DNA of 59,925 bases from a virus (lineage: Duplodnaviria; Caudoviricetes), in IMG/VR virus record IMGVR_UViG_3300030333_004437, positions 1-59,925 of that record. One strand, given 5' to 3'. Below the pieces are notes generated by a model. That model saw only the letters and a list, made by a program, of their open reading frames with translations. It made no database searches and was not told the DNA's origin. Positions 49,401-57,786 of this stretch are shown here, in pieces. Numbering within the stretch: the stretch's first letter is position 1; each line of letters starts with the position of its first letter. A program made the translations under genes and the position numbers.

Positions 49401-51732
49401 TGGTGCAAAAATAGAGGGTGTACTAACCTCATCATTAGGTTTGATTGGTGGTTGGACTATTGGTTCATCTACATTGACAGGTGGAGATGTTACTCTAAGT
49501 TCTGATGGTTCTGTAAAAGCTGGAACTTTAGCTAATGCTAGTACAGTAGCAACTACTAACAAAGGATTTTTTGCAAGTGGAAGTGGTGATGTATTAATTA
49601 AAGGAGATGATAATAATACAAATTATATTAAGTTTGATGCTGATGGTGGTAATGGTGCTTTAGAAATAAAAACAGGCAACTTCTCAGTAGATAGTAGTGG
49701 AGATGTTTCGATATCAGGAGAGATAACGGCACAAACTGGAACTATTGGTGGATTCAATATCGGTACTGATTTAGATGCTTCATCAGGCACATTGAAATTA
49801 AAAGGAGCTAGTGGACAACTTACAGCTTCAGCTGCTCAGATTACAGGTAATATAACTGCTACAAGTGGTCAGATAGGCGGCTTTACAATAGATTCCACAA
49901 CCATATCAGGAAGTGATTTAGTAGTTTCTTCTTCTAGAGGTGGTGCTATAAAGTTAGGGGCTGCCGTTGTTTCAGGAAGTTCTACAAGCGTTACTGGCTC
50001 AGATGGTATCTATCTAAGTGGTAGTGGTGATTTTAGTTTCCAAAGAGGAGACTCATTTCTTAAAGGAACATCTGCTGGTTTAGCTATGAACTTTCCATCA
50101 TTTAGTATTAATACTGCTGGTGATATAAACGCTCAGTCAGCTCAAATAGCAGGAGACATAGCTGCTACATCAGGTTTCTTTGGTTCGAGTGAAACTAATG
50201 GTTGGCTTATCGATGGTAATAAGATTCGTAATGTGGGAAATGTATCTGGTTCGATAGAAATAGATGCTACATCCGATTCACCAAATATCACAATCACGAG
50301 TGGAAGCTTTATTGGTGAATTAGTTCCTAACTTTACACCAGCTGCTACCATATTACAAGCTGGTGGTAAATCATCTAGTCATACAGGTATGTCAGATAAT
50401 ACACCATCAGGAAATAGAACTCAGGCTACAAGTTTAACTATAAACAATGGACAGACATCTTCACCTATATTTCTATACGCTGGTGATTCAGGTTCGGGTG
50501 ATAATACAATATTTTCAGCTGAGATAGCCTCATCTTCTGGAAGTGTTGATTTAAAAACACTATCAGCTGGTTCAAAATATAAAAGTACTGCAACACTAAA
50601 GATTGAGGTAACTATAGCTACACCAAATCACGATAGTGGTGAATACAATATTGGTTTATCTGGAACCCATACCATATCTGGTAGCTTAAAGTTAATGAGA
50701 AAGCAAAGTTCTACATATACTGAGGTGGATAATATATCTATAGGTCAGACTGTGTTTCCATCTGGTGGTGGAAGTAGTGATAGTACAACGTTTACCACAA
50801 CAAAAAATGTATCAGTTGACCACACTGGTGCTGCTGAGGGTTACTATTTTGAATTACATCAATTAAAAGTTACTAATAATGCTTTACAAGAAAATTGGTC
50901 TATTTTAAGTCCATTTAAAGAATTTACACAAGCAACGAGTATAGAATCTATTAAGGCTTACTTTACTTCAGTTAAACACGAACCAAGTAACAAAAAGACA
51001 GAATTAGCACCATCTGGATTTCAAACTATAGCATTAACAGATACTACACTTGCTAATGAGGCTAATGCTTATTTCCGCGCAGCACCCGAAGAAGATAAAA
51101 CCGTAGAAATATTAGGTTCAACTCACCTAACAGGTTCATTGATTGTTAGTGATTTCGCTGATGCAAAGGGATTCATAAGACTTGCAGATAATGGTAGTAC
51201 AGGCACAGGTGTATCATTACAATTTGGTTCTACTCCAACAATCGCTAGAGCAAATGGTTTCTTTTTACAAGAAAGTACTGGCGTAAGTCAACAACCACAA
51301 GGTTTAATACTAAATGGACACGGTAGTTCAACTCAAACTGAACTATTTGCATTTGGACGTGATGGACATCTTCACGTTAAGGATGACGTAACTGCATTCT
51401 CAACATCGGTAGGCTCTGATAGGAGATTAAAAGAAAATATAAAACCATTAGAAAATAATTTAGAAAAAATATTAGAATTAAAACCATCATCATTTAGATG
51501 GAAGATAAATCAAAAGAAAGATGATGTGGGTTTAATTGCTCAAGAGGTTGAACCTATTTTACCTGAAGTTGTTAAGGAAGTACATTCGATAGGAAATGAG
51601 GTTGTGGATTTAACTGGTGAGATACATCATAAAACTATTGATTACTCTAAGTTAACAACTTTCTTAATTGGTGCAATTCAAGAACAACAAAAGCAGATTG
51701 ATGAACTAAAGAAAAAACTTGAGGAGTTGTAA
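43426..51732 (+). CDS. Giant tail fibre/adhesin (2768 aa) with PKD repeats and C-terminal S74 intramolecular chaperone
   Basis: Repeated (W)xFGDG...HxYxxxGxYTV PKD motifs, a CBM-like insert, GxIGGFxI repeats and terminal SDRRLKENI...GLIAQEV...DYSKL...AIQEQQKQI. Confidence 0.85.
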   Translation: MALIRKTVKKQNLNQVQVFVEDTNNTYFNLLDLPPVIPTGRSSILIDGSDTLKKETDILYELVDANGEPIYVNPIRNYLEGTSRRLTIEVYENAPAGLATLTLLGEINPDPNLNGGIEIPPEFQGVYNVRYQAQILLDPAAPNNEKIIFLRAPKISVSETLVKEVIPRVGEREVNIQISGSLSGKRVPFGVQQFLNPWLIQPGNIELDFLDDTKPTGVLRNRKYEVKLKASVDGAVKNVNFDWGDGTTDTFNPQNINGTHTYTKAGTYTVRAVGNSPFGFGGKDDVTITVNPPATPSASMIISDGTINEASANETEYLTGSLDPIKDTNFTRARFRFSDRSIISASSDVSNNPDDNLDDTTFVWEFGDGRVLEVTGSAGRKVIHEYTGSGTYTVKHTVKNNYDAQSDVVSRTILVAPNPPVADFTISNSVVTSSTNFNVTSSATVGSGAEIDNFYWYFDRARPTGSQFLNYAPNGIFGSALSGFWDGYSVGNSSVTRQSSVKYSGSHALAQAPNADEAYYGHYRGSSTANLAPATQSDGFTIDAYARCDSGNAFVSLMLFGLDENFETIGSLDDQFGNIVESPLTQVNSSGWTRLQVHSRFLHPSTKYASFRINAKQSSGKTVYWDGFELYKTTVTGSAVSASYQAAGNYNIEHWAIDSLGRKSNVAIKQVVNTHTIPRPHFSVNNSEGVAPLTVRFTEDGDGSPTSRILKTGISDIEMSASSQTSDITYTEPGTYTPRIEASFTGGTKTFIGAPIRVGQPVPNIDVVSGSSTVETGQEFTLVVSGSSNQVSSTPGQLKQISVAWGDGSSDLLTYPNGITLKGTNSSSADFTHTYTTAGSYKASIVATDAADIASVSSSLAVTVNASTAVVLNDTDIIIDDDTVSNTPTASLSFGNHTAITRANASHSAAYATEITAYTWSLNDSDGAELTRLGHGKNVDFIVDDSDIKSVGLQVGVHGVQSNKVYYQLNAVDTSGDAKENAVTQDDDNNYDDGQSQDSNSDRNASNSGQNSDNDGTYDTSGDDRYDEQQNAGSPIVQDYEITLDSLSGNRKVGNSIYGAKVKVDRYELLDFAKGAGYTVTDLISQNLPYEFDIADIQNGKIIPSAKPLVFNNTVADLSKKLIEIPDLASSPYTMSFNETQEYDFNEVNFISKTNIRLSNLRTVSGDVYRAKVYYKTRNDSEYKFLTERVLEAREELVDKLHLKGRLMKGFFPTSSIFTSYWSGSQGTEAGYIGGNERGLLIEMTGSTASVSDITDSILISGSNYSEKDNVALWLKDTSTRNVATKGNVSAENRPLIFGGQEYSLRFNAKPIKAPKQVRENDSLVERQKAELKVYVSGSGLNLTNKGADFKSTPWGYLIGIVNPDDKGPDANITFPKSVYQNFILEDTARATLQFVATAGRWYINNVSLRQARESGFNPNNMDIITDTPELTQRPQKITYKVEYFTKDGKQADLVTYTPNSTDIQGSNTVFSGDDNVMPGTLTINNGLGEGQGFELSGQSSAYFRTKSYKGFEKATTGEGPPGIIMFSGSVGESIDSAETYDGLGLELHAGGDEGSLKFRSNPSVFEVKAKSFFLGSDSQFVSGSGGNIEISSSNFHLSSSGDVAVKGNIKAETGEIGGFTIGREKLSGETFYLRGNADETSTTDTGIFISSSNFQVRASGELSASAGNIAGWNIGGATLESDNIIFSSTGSIRTKDYVPKQKGWAIDDIGFAEFSNVFVRGTLATTTFEKQTVNAVGGRLLVSNATTISGSVGASATAIPVQNAAGFRPGELLFCKKVDDTGFNSEFLKLTAAFSASDQTGNSTGFDHALSASRAAAGSVTGSIGNFSGETSAATTYEDGQVIISFGRPGTGFIDINANPTDTDTPYIDIVESGSGGFSRKARLGDLGGLAGTGAVFGAANPGFGLMSENVFLSGRVSATEGNIGSWNITNTGLITGSNITLDANSSRIFKTDENGELDGYYIDFTPTGSNFYVRFGTDFAVSSSGQLFASGAKIEGVLTSSLGLIGGWTIGSSTLTGGDVTLSSDGSVKAGTLANASTVATTNKGFFASGSGDVLIKGDDNNTNYIKFDADGGNGALEIKTGNFSVDSSGDVSISGEITAQTGTIGGFNIGTDLDASSGTLKLKGASGQLTASAAQITGNITATSGQIGGFTIDSTTISGSDLVVSSSRGGAIKLGAAVVSGSSTSVTGSDGIYLSGSGDFSFQRGDSFLKGTSAGLAMNFPSFSINTAGDINAQSAQIAGDIAATSGFFGSSETNGWLIDGNKIRNVGNVSGSIEIDATSDSPNITITSGSFIGELVPNFTPAATILQAGGKSSSHTGMSDNTPSGNRTQATSLTINNGQTSSPIFLYAGDSGSGDNTIFSAEIASSSGSVDLKTLSAGSKYKSTATLKIEVTIATPNHDSGEYNIGLSGTHTISGSLKLMRKQSSTYTEVDNISIGQTVFPSGGGSSDSTTFTTTKNVSVDHTGAAEGYYFELHQLKVTNNALQENWSILSPFKEFTQATSIESIKAYFTSVKHEPSNKKTELAPSGFQTIALTDTTLANEANAYFRAAPEEDKTVEILGSTHLTGSLIVSDFADAKGFIRLADNGSTGTGVSLQFGSTPTIARANGFFLQESTGVSQQPQGLILNGHGSSTQTELFAFGRDGHLHVKDDVTAFSTSVGSDRRLKENIKPLENNLEKILELKPSSFRWKINQKKDDVGLIAQEVEPILPEVVKEVHSIGNEVVDLTGEIHHKTIDYSKLTTFLIGAIQEQQKQIDELKKKLEEL

Positions 51733-54700
51733 TGGCTTTACCCACTTCAGGTCCGATACATATGGGAGCATTGGCTGATAATAACAGCTCTGCTAGTAGA
51801 CAAGATTTAGTTTTGTCCACATTGGCAAACCAATTCGCATCAGGTTCTCAAGTTGGTGATGTGGATGGAAATAGTACTGCTAATCAAACTGCTGATAGAG
51901 ATGCTCTAAAAGCATCACCATTTGGATTATCTGAATTTCGTGGTTCTAATATACCTAATGCTTCTTTTGATAGTGTCGAACCTCAATTAGCAGATGGTAC
52001 TGATGTAACAAGTAATGGTTATGTTGATGGTGAAAGTGCTCAAATAGAATTTGTAAGAAATAATACTGATTTAGGTCCAAGTTTTACTGTTGGTGTGAAA
52101 GCTGTATCAAACAATGCAATTTTAGCATCTAACACGGTAAACGTTGGAACCGATACTGGCACATTAGACATTCCCTTTACTGCACCCACAACTGCTGAAG
52201 CTGATGATAAATACTATGCTTTTGTTTCAACTGGTACTTTTGAAAATGCAACTGGTGCTACCATAAACCATTTTACTGCAATAGATAATGGAGTAACACG
52301 AGTAAAGAATGCAGGTGGTAGTATCGTTGAAACAGTCTTCGTCTCATCATCAGGTGCCAGTATTAGTAATCCAGTAGTATCTACTTCAGTAAATACAGGA
52401 ACTCAAGTTAGTAAATCTATAACAGGTAAATCAGCGGTAATCAATGGAGATGGTGGTACTATAGCTGCTACACTTGTTAGTGAAAGTAATTCTGGTAATA
52501 CAACATACTCTATATCTAATACACCAGGTATTTTAAGATTTCAAACCTCACACGTTGGTAATCCATCAAAAGCAAGAAACGAAACAACTTCACAAAGAGA
52601 TTTTGAGGTTAAGTATGCACAACAAATAGTTTCTTTACAAGCTAGTGATACAACAGTAAATGTTTCTGCAGTCGATGGTTCAAATAACGTTACCATAACC
52701 TGTACTTCAAGAGGTAGAAGTGGAACTGTAACTATAGGACACGATACCAACAATACTCCATCAGATAAAACTTTTACATCAGTTGATGAAGCAGTTTCTA
52801 CAGTTTATGTTCAAGAAGCTATATCAAAAAATTTTACAATTAGTTCAGCTGGAACATATCATCCAAAAGCTTTTCACGATGGTGATAGTGTAGCTTATGT
52901 AGGAAGTTCTATTACAGTAGCACCACAACTTTCTTTTAGTAAATCAGGCAATCAAACTATTAATGTAAATACCACTCAAGCATTTACTATTTCGAGTTTG
53001 GTAGGAAATAATGCGAGTGTTGATATATCAAGTGAAGATAATATAGGTAGTGCAAATAACTTAACAAGTGATGGTAGTGGTGCTACAATGACGCCAGGTG
53101 CTAACAATAAAGTTTACACAATTACATTCGCTGGTACAGCTGATTACAGTCAAACAAATAACCAAACATCAACTTTAACAGTAAACCCCACAGTAAGTGT
53201 TAGTGTGAGTCCTGGTTCAGGTACACACTATCCAACTACAGATACACACGGTGATTCGATAGCAAGTAGCACTCACGGTATAACAGCAACAGAGTTTACA
53301 TTTGCACCTAGTGTTGTAGGTAATAATATTACATCATTTAGTTACTCTATAACAAATTTTTCTTTTACAAGTGGTAATAGTTCTACACAAGGTACAGTAA
53401 AAGGTAAGTATACTTCAGGTGGTTCTAAGAGTTCAGATTTGACTGTAAGTGGTCAGGATAGTACAAGTGGTACAACAAGTTTTGACCAAACCATAACTGC
53501 AGTTACAAAAGCATTTACAGGAGGTGCTCTTGATGGAGTATTGAGAGAAGGTAGTGATATCACATTATCTGGTGTTAGTGCAAATTTTGTACAAAATATG
53601 AGAGTACAAAGATACAATGGTAGTAGTTTTGTAAATATCTCAGCTATTACATCAGATATATCAGGTGCTGTTACAGTAGCTGATACAGCTGATTTAGAAC
53701 GTGATACCAATAGTAGTAGAGAAGTAAGAATAATTGATACGGATTCAAGTGCTACTATTGTTAGAAGTTTAGGAAACGCTGCTATTCTTGGACCACTACC
53801 AGTGATAGACACTTTCTCTGCTGCAACAGGTAACATACTTGGTGAAATAGATTTGACTATTAGAACAACTAATGCTAGTGCAGCTAGTGTAAATCAAAGT
53901 GTAGGCTCAGTATCAGTTGATGATGATGTAGCTCAAACAGGTATTGGTAATAACACAAGTAGAACATATACTTTGACTGCAACTAATGCTGATAGTGAAT
54001 CTGTTACTGCAACTGCATCTGCTACAACAATCAACCCATCTTTAAGTTTAGGCACCCCATCTCTAACATCTTGGACAAAAGGTGATACAGGTAATTTTAC
54101 AATAACATATACTAAAAACTTTGATGATGCTGTAGATATACAAATGGGTGAAGGTTTAGATACAGGCACTGGTGGAACTGTTTATCAAAGTATTAGTGTA
54201 AGTGTTCAAAGTGCCACCGTTACATTTGATAGAAATCAAATGCACGGTACGACCTTTGGTACAATAGTTGATTTCAGAATTGGTAGTAGTGCTTCGGGTA
54301 AAGTAGTAAATAATAATGCTGCAACATTCTCTGACTTCTCAGCACCAGGTCAAGCAAGTAACAATAGTTCAGTAGGTACGAGTGGTACAGCTATAAATAT
54401 TAATTTTAACGCAGGTAGTAATGCAACTAGACATATTGTATATAATATAACATCAGGTACAAACTCTGGAAATATTAGTATGCCAACCACTTCACATACA
54501 TTTACTGGATTATCAACCGGCACAACATTTACATTCAGAGTAGATGCTATTAGAGATGTAACTACAACACCAAATGGTAGCTCAACAACAACTACAAAAA
54601 CAACAACTGGTGCTACTTTTACAGTTGCAACATTTACTTGGGATTCATTTATTGTCAAAGGTGATAGTATGTCATCAACTAGTGGTGTTGGTTTTAGTAC

Positions 54701-55922
54701 GAATCAAGAAGATGCAGTACTTGCAGGTGCTGATGAAGAAAAAGAACTTTTCTATCGTTCCGATATCCACACACCTGGTTCAAATACAGTCAGATTTTAT
54801 AATGCTGTAGATGGTAGTGTTTGGTCTGGTGGCACTTCAGGTAAGTTTTTCCAATTTGAAAATACTCACATTGGTATTATCGATAATAGTGGTGATATGA
54901 CGGCGGGTAATTATATAGCTGTGGGTCAAGCAATACCAAAATCACCAACAAGTTGGTCAGCTACATCTACAGGTGCTTCTAATATAGAGATGAGTTGGAC
55001 AGATAATTCTGGTATTGAAGATGAATTTGCAATATACAGAAATGCAAGTGGTGCTGCTGATAGTGGTGATACACTAGCAGGTACTGTACCACAAAACAAT
55101 ACAGCATTTGATGATGATAATAGTGGTTCTGGTTTAAGTAACAATAGTGCTCCATCAATTAGTGCATTTGGTGGTGGTACAAGTGATAGTGTAATAATAA
55201 GTGGTCAGAGTGTAAATCGAATATTGTTTACAGCAAGTGGTATAGATAGCTATACTCTAAAATTCAACACATCAAATCATAGTAGTGCTTATAGTTCTAC
55301 TGCAATCGCAAACACAACAAGTGGTATAAGTGGTGGTTCAATAAATCAACTACTTTTACATAGTGGTGTAACAGGTGGAACTACATATTATTATCAGATA
55401 CAAGCAATAAAAAATGGTAAAACATATTACTACGCAGTATATGCTAAAAATGGTAATACACTAAGTACGAGTGCAGCTACAGGTAATGCATCTTTGAGTA
55501 ATGTTACAAGTACATCAACAGCAACACAATTAGCAATATCCAATACTCAATTATCATCACCATCCAATTTTGATGACCTTACAACTAGCAGTGAACAAGC
55601 TACTGATACATCTCAAGTAAGAAGTTGGAGTTTAACTGGTGGTTCAGGTGATACCACTGTTACGTTTACCAAAGTATCAGGTGATAATATTGGTACACCA
55701 AAATTTGCTGCTTCTAAAACTGATAGTACACCAGATAGTTATGTAAATAGTGGCACGACAACTAACTTAGGTACAATGTCAGGTTCTGGTAACATATATG
55801 TTAGATGTCAATCATACTATAGTGGTGTTTTAGCTGGTAATTCAGCAGTATACAGAGTTACAGTTACAAATAATGGTGTGAGTGATTCAGCTGACATAAA
55901 TATTGAAGTTTCATTTGTATAA
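51732..55922 (+). CDS. Ser/Thr-rich tail fibre/adhesin with Ig/FN3-like domains
   Basis: MALPTSGPI N-terminus, FN3-like TGLSTGTTFTFRV, SWTDNS and YYYQIQA motifs; coupled to the upstream fibre gene. Confidence 0.7.
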   Translation: MALPTSGPIHMGALADNNSSASRQDLVLSTLANQFASGSQVGDVDGNSTANQTADRDALKASPFGLSEFRGSNIPNASFDSVEPQLADGTDVTSNGYVDGESAQIEFVRNNTDLGPSFTVGVKAVSNNAILASNTVNVGTDTGTLDIPFTAPTTAEADDKYYAFVSTGTFENATGATINHFTAIDNGVTRVKNAGGSIVETVFVSSSGASISNPVVSTSVNTGTQVSKSITGKSAVINGDGGTIAATLVSESNSGNTTYSISNTPGILRFQTSHVGNPSKARNETTSQRDFEVKYAQQIVSLQASDTTVNVSAVDGSNNVTITCTSRGRSGTVTIGHDTNNTPSDKTFTSVDEAVSTVYVQEAISKNFTISSAGTYHPKAFHDGDSVAYVGSSITVAPQLSFSKSGNQTINVNTTQAFTISSLVGNNASVDISSEDNIGSANNLTSDGSGATMTPGANNKVYTITFAGTADYSQTNNQTSTLTVNPTVSVSVSPGSGTHYPTTDTHGDSIASSTHGITATEFTFAPSVVGNNITSFSYSITNFSFTSGNSSTQGTVKGKYTSGGSKSSDLTVSGQDSTSGTTSFDQTITAVTKAFTGGALDGVLREGSDITLSGVSANFVQNMRVQRYNGSSFVNISAITSDISGAVTVADTADLERDTNSSREVRIIDTDSSATIVRSLGNAAILGPLPVIDTFSAATGNILGEIDLTIRTTNASAASVNQSVGSVSVDDDVAQTGIGNNTSRTYTLTATNADSESVTATASATTINPSLSLGTPSLTSWTKGDTGNFTITYTKNFDDAVDIQMGEGLDTGTGGTVYQSISVSVQSATVTFDRNQMHGTTFGTIVDFRIGSSASGKVVNNNAATFSDFSAPGQASNNSSVGTSGTAININFNAGSNATRHIVYNITSGTNSGNISMPTTSHTFTGLSTGTTFTFRVDAIRDVTTTPNGSSTTTTKTTTGATFTVATFTWDSFIVKGDSMSSTSGVGFSTNQEDAVLAGADEEKELFYRSDIHTPGSNTVRFYNAVDGSVWSGGTSGKFFQFENTHIGIIDNSGDMTAGNYIAVGQAIPKSPTSWSATSTGASNIEMSWTDNSGIEDEFAIYRNASGAADSGDTLAGTVPQNNTAFDDDNSGSGLSNNSAPSISAFGGGTSDSVIISGQSVNRILFTASGIDSYTLKFNTSNHSSAYSSTAIANTTSGISGGSINQLLLHSGVTGGTTYYYQIQAIKNGKTYYYAVYAKNGNTLSTSAATGNASLSNVTSTSTATQLAISNTQLSSPSNFDDLTTSSEQATDTSQVRSWSLTGGSGDTTVTFTKVSGDNIGTPKFAASKTDSTPDSYVNSGTTTNLGTMSGSGNIYVRCQSYYSGVLAGNSAVYRVTVTNNGVSDSADINIEVSFV

Positions 55923-55945
55923 TATATACTTATTAGAGAGGTTAT

Positions 55946-56677
55946 ATGGATTTACCAGACATAAGTTACAATAAAAGAGATTTATTTTCAATTCCTTTTT
56001 TTGAATGGACTTGCCCCTATCACGACCAAATGGGAAATGAGTTAATTGATATATTTTATCAGTATTCACAAGACAATACACCTAGTGATGTAACACCACA
56101 TTTAAAAGACAATTTGTATGAATCAAAGTTTAGCTTTATGGATGATATGTGGGAGAATCCAACTGTACAATTCTTTAATCAATATATTAAAGAAAGTGTT
56201 GGTAGAATAACACAAGATATAAATAAAGAACAATGGGATGCATTTAAATTAAGATTTGGTGTAGATAAAATACATTGGAAAACTTACATACAAGAGAGTT
56301 GGTTTCATATAACTCAAAAAGGTGGTTCACATCAGTTTCATAATCATCCAAATTGTGATTGGGGTTTTATATATTACTTTACTTCTCATACACCAGAGGA
56401 GAGAGGTTCTAATAGATTTTATGATATAAGAACGCCTGGCTTAGTTAGATATCAGCTTGGTAACTTATGGAATATAAATGATTCACATTATCCTGTACAA
56501 CCAGAAGCAGGAAAATGTGTTCTCTTTCCAGCTTGGGTATTTCACGATGCTGACACCTATTTTGGAGAAACAGATAGAATTGTTTTTTCTGCAAACATAT
56601 CGATATACACACCCAATGGATTTGATTACATACCTCAGGAGATAATAGATGAATGGACAAGAAACCGAAAAGGTTAA
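55946..56677 (+). CDS. 2OG-Fe(II) oxygenase (TIGR02466-like)
   Basis: ESWFHI...HQFHNHPNC.W..IYY...LFPAWVFH...RIVFSAN. Confidence 0.8.
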   Translation: MDLPDISYNKRDLFSIPFFEWTCPYHDQMGNELIDIFYQYSQDNTPSDVTPHLKDNLYESKFSFMDDMWENPTVQFFNQYIKESVGRITQDINKEQWDAFKLRFGVDKIHWKTYIQESWFHITQKGGSHQFHNHPNCDWGFIYYFTSHTPEERGSNRFYDIRTPGLVRYQLGNLWNINDSHYPVQPEAGKCVLFPAWVFHDADTYFGETDRIVFSANISIYTPNGFDYIPQEIIDEWTRNRKG

Positions 56678-57257
56678 ATTAGAAGATTTAGTAATCCTAA
56701 ATTTAGATGGTCCTAAACCAAATTTTGTTGGCGATTACATAGCTTGGATAAATCATAGAGATAGAAACTGGCAAATGCAAGGAGCTGGGGTTCCTTTAAA
56801 AGAAGCCAAGTTTTGGTATAAAGAACTATCAAATTGTGAAAGAACCACTAATATATGGAATGATTTTATACTACCATCTTTAAGTGAAAAAATAATTAAT
56901 ATGGATGAGTTTAAGGTTGATAGACAATATGCTAATGCTCAAACAGAGGGACAACGGAGTTCTATACATAAAGATGCGAATACGGAAAGAACATATACGT
57001 GTTTATTATATGCTACAGAGAGTTGGGCATTAGGTGAAGAGGGTGAAACATTATTTTACAACGATGTAAACGAAATAGTTGCTGGAGTGAATCCATTACC
57101 TGGTAGAATAACTGTTTTTAAAGGTAGTATAGCTCACGTTGGAAGACCATTGTACAGAGAATCTAAATTACCTCGTATAACTGTAGCTTTTAAATTATTA
57201 CCTAAAAATCCTTCTGAAGATAAAAGAGTAATTTATGATAATTGGAATATTTATTGA
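56649..57257 (+). CDS. 2OG-Fe(II) oxygenase
   Basis: YANAQ...IHKD...GETLFY...PGRITVF.G.IAHVG...RITVAFK. Confidence 0.8.
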   Translation: MNGQETEKVKLEDLVILNLDGPKPNFVGDYIAWINHRDRNWQMQGAGVPLKEAKFWYKELSNCERTTNIWNDFILPSLSEKIINMDEFKVDRQYANAQTEGQRSSIHKDANTERTYTCLLYATESWALGEEGETLFYNDVNEIVAGVNPLPGRITVFKGSIAHVGRPLYRESKLPRITVAFKLLPKNPSEDKRVIYDNWNIY

Positions 57258-57288
57258 TATAATCAAAAACCTTTTTAGGAGTAAACCT

Positions 57289-57786
57289 ATGAAAACAGAT
57301 AAAGTTTTAACAACGTTTGATGAAATAATTGAAATAACATTACATCACGAGGGTGGGTATGTACACGACCCAAAAGATTTAGGCGGTGAAACTAATTTTG
57401 GAATCGCTAAAAGATTTTATCCAGATGTAGATATAAAAAACCTTACTAAAGAGGGTGCTAAAGAAATCTATAAGAAAGATTATTGGGATAAAAATAAGGT
57501 GGATGATTTACCTGAAGATTTAAAACATATCTTTTTTGATATGTGTGTGAATCAAGGTAGAGGAACAGCTGTAAAAATACTACAAAGAGCTATCAATGGT
57601 AAGGGAGGTGATTTGACTGTTGATGGTGGATTCGGACCTGGTACAAAAGCAGCCTTAGATAAACACACACCTGAGTTAGATAGAGTTCGTTGTTACAGAC
57701 TAAAACACTATTACGATTTAGTTAATAGAAAACCTGAACAAGAACGATTCATATTTGGTTGGTATAAACGAGCTCTTTCTGTATGA
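57289..57786 (+). CDS. Endolysin, glycoside hydrolase family 108
   Basis: HEGGYVHDPKDLGGETNFGI, YW, FDMCVNQG, DGGFGPGT and FIFGW motifs; AGGAG RBS. Confidence 0.9.
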   Translation: MKTDKVLTTFDEIIEITLHHEGGYVHDPKDLGGETNFGIAKRFYPDVDIKNLTKEGAKEIYKKDYWDKNKVDDLPEDLKHIFFDMCVNQGRGTAVKILQRAINGKGGDLTVDGGFGPGTKAALDKHTPELDRVRCYRLKHYYDLVNRKPEQERFIFGWYKRALSV

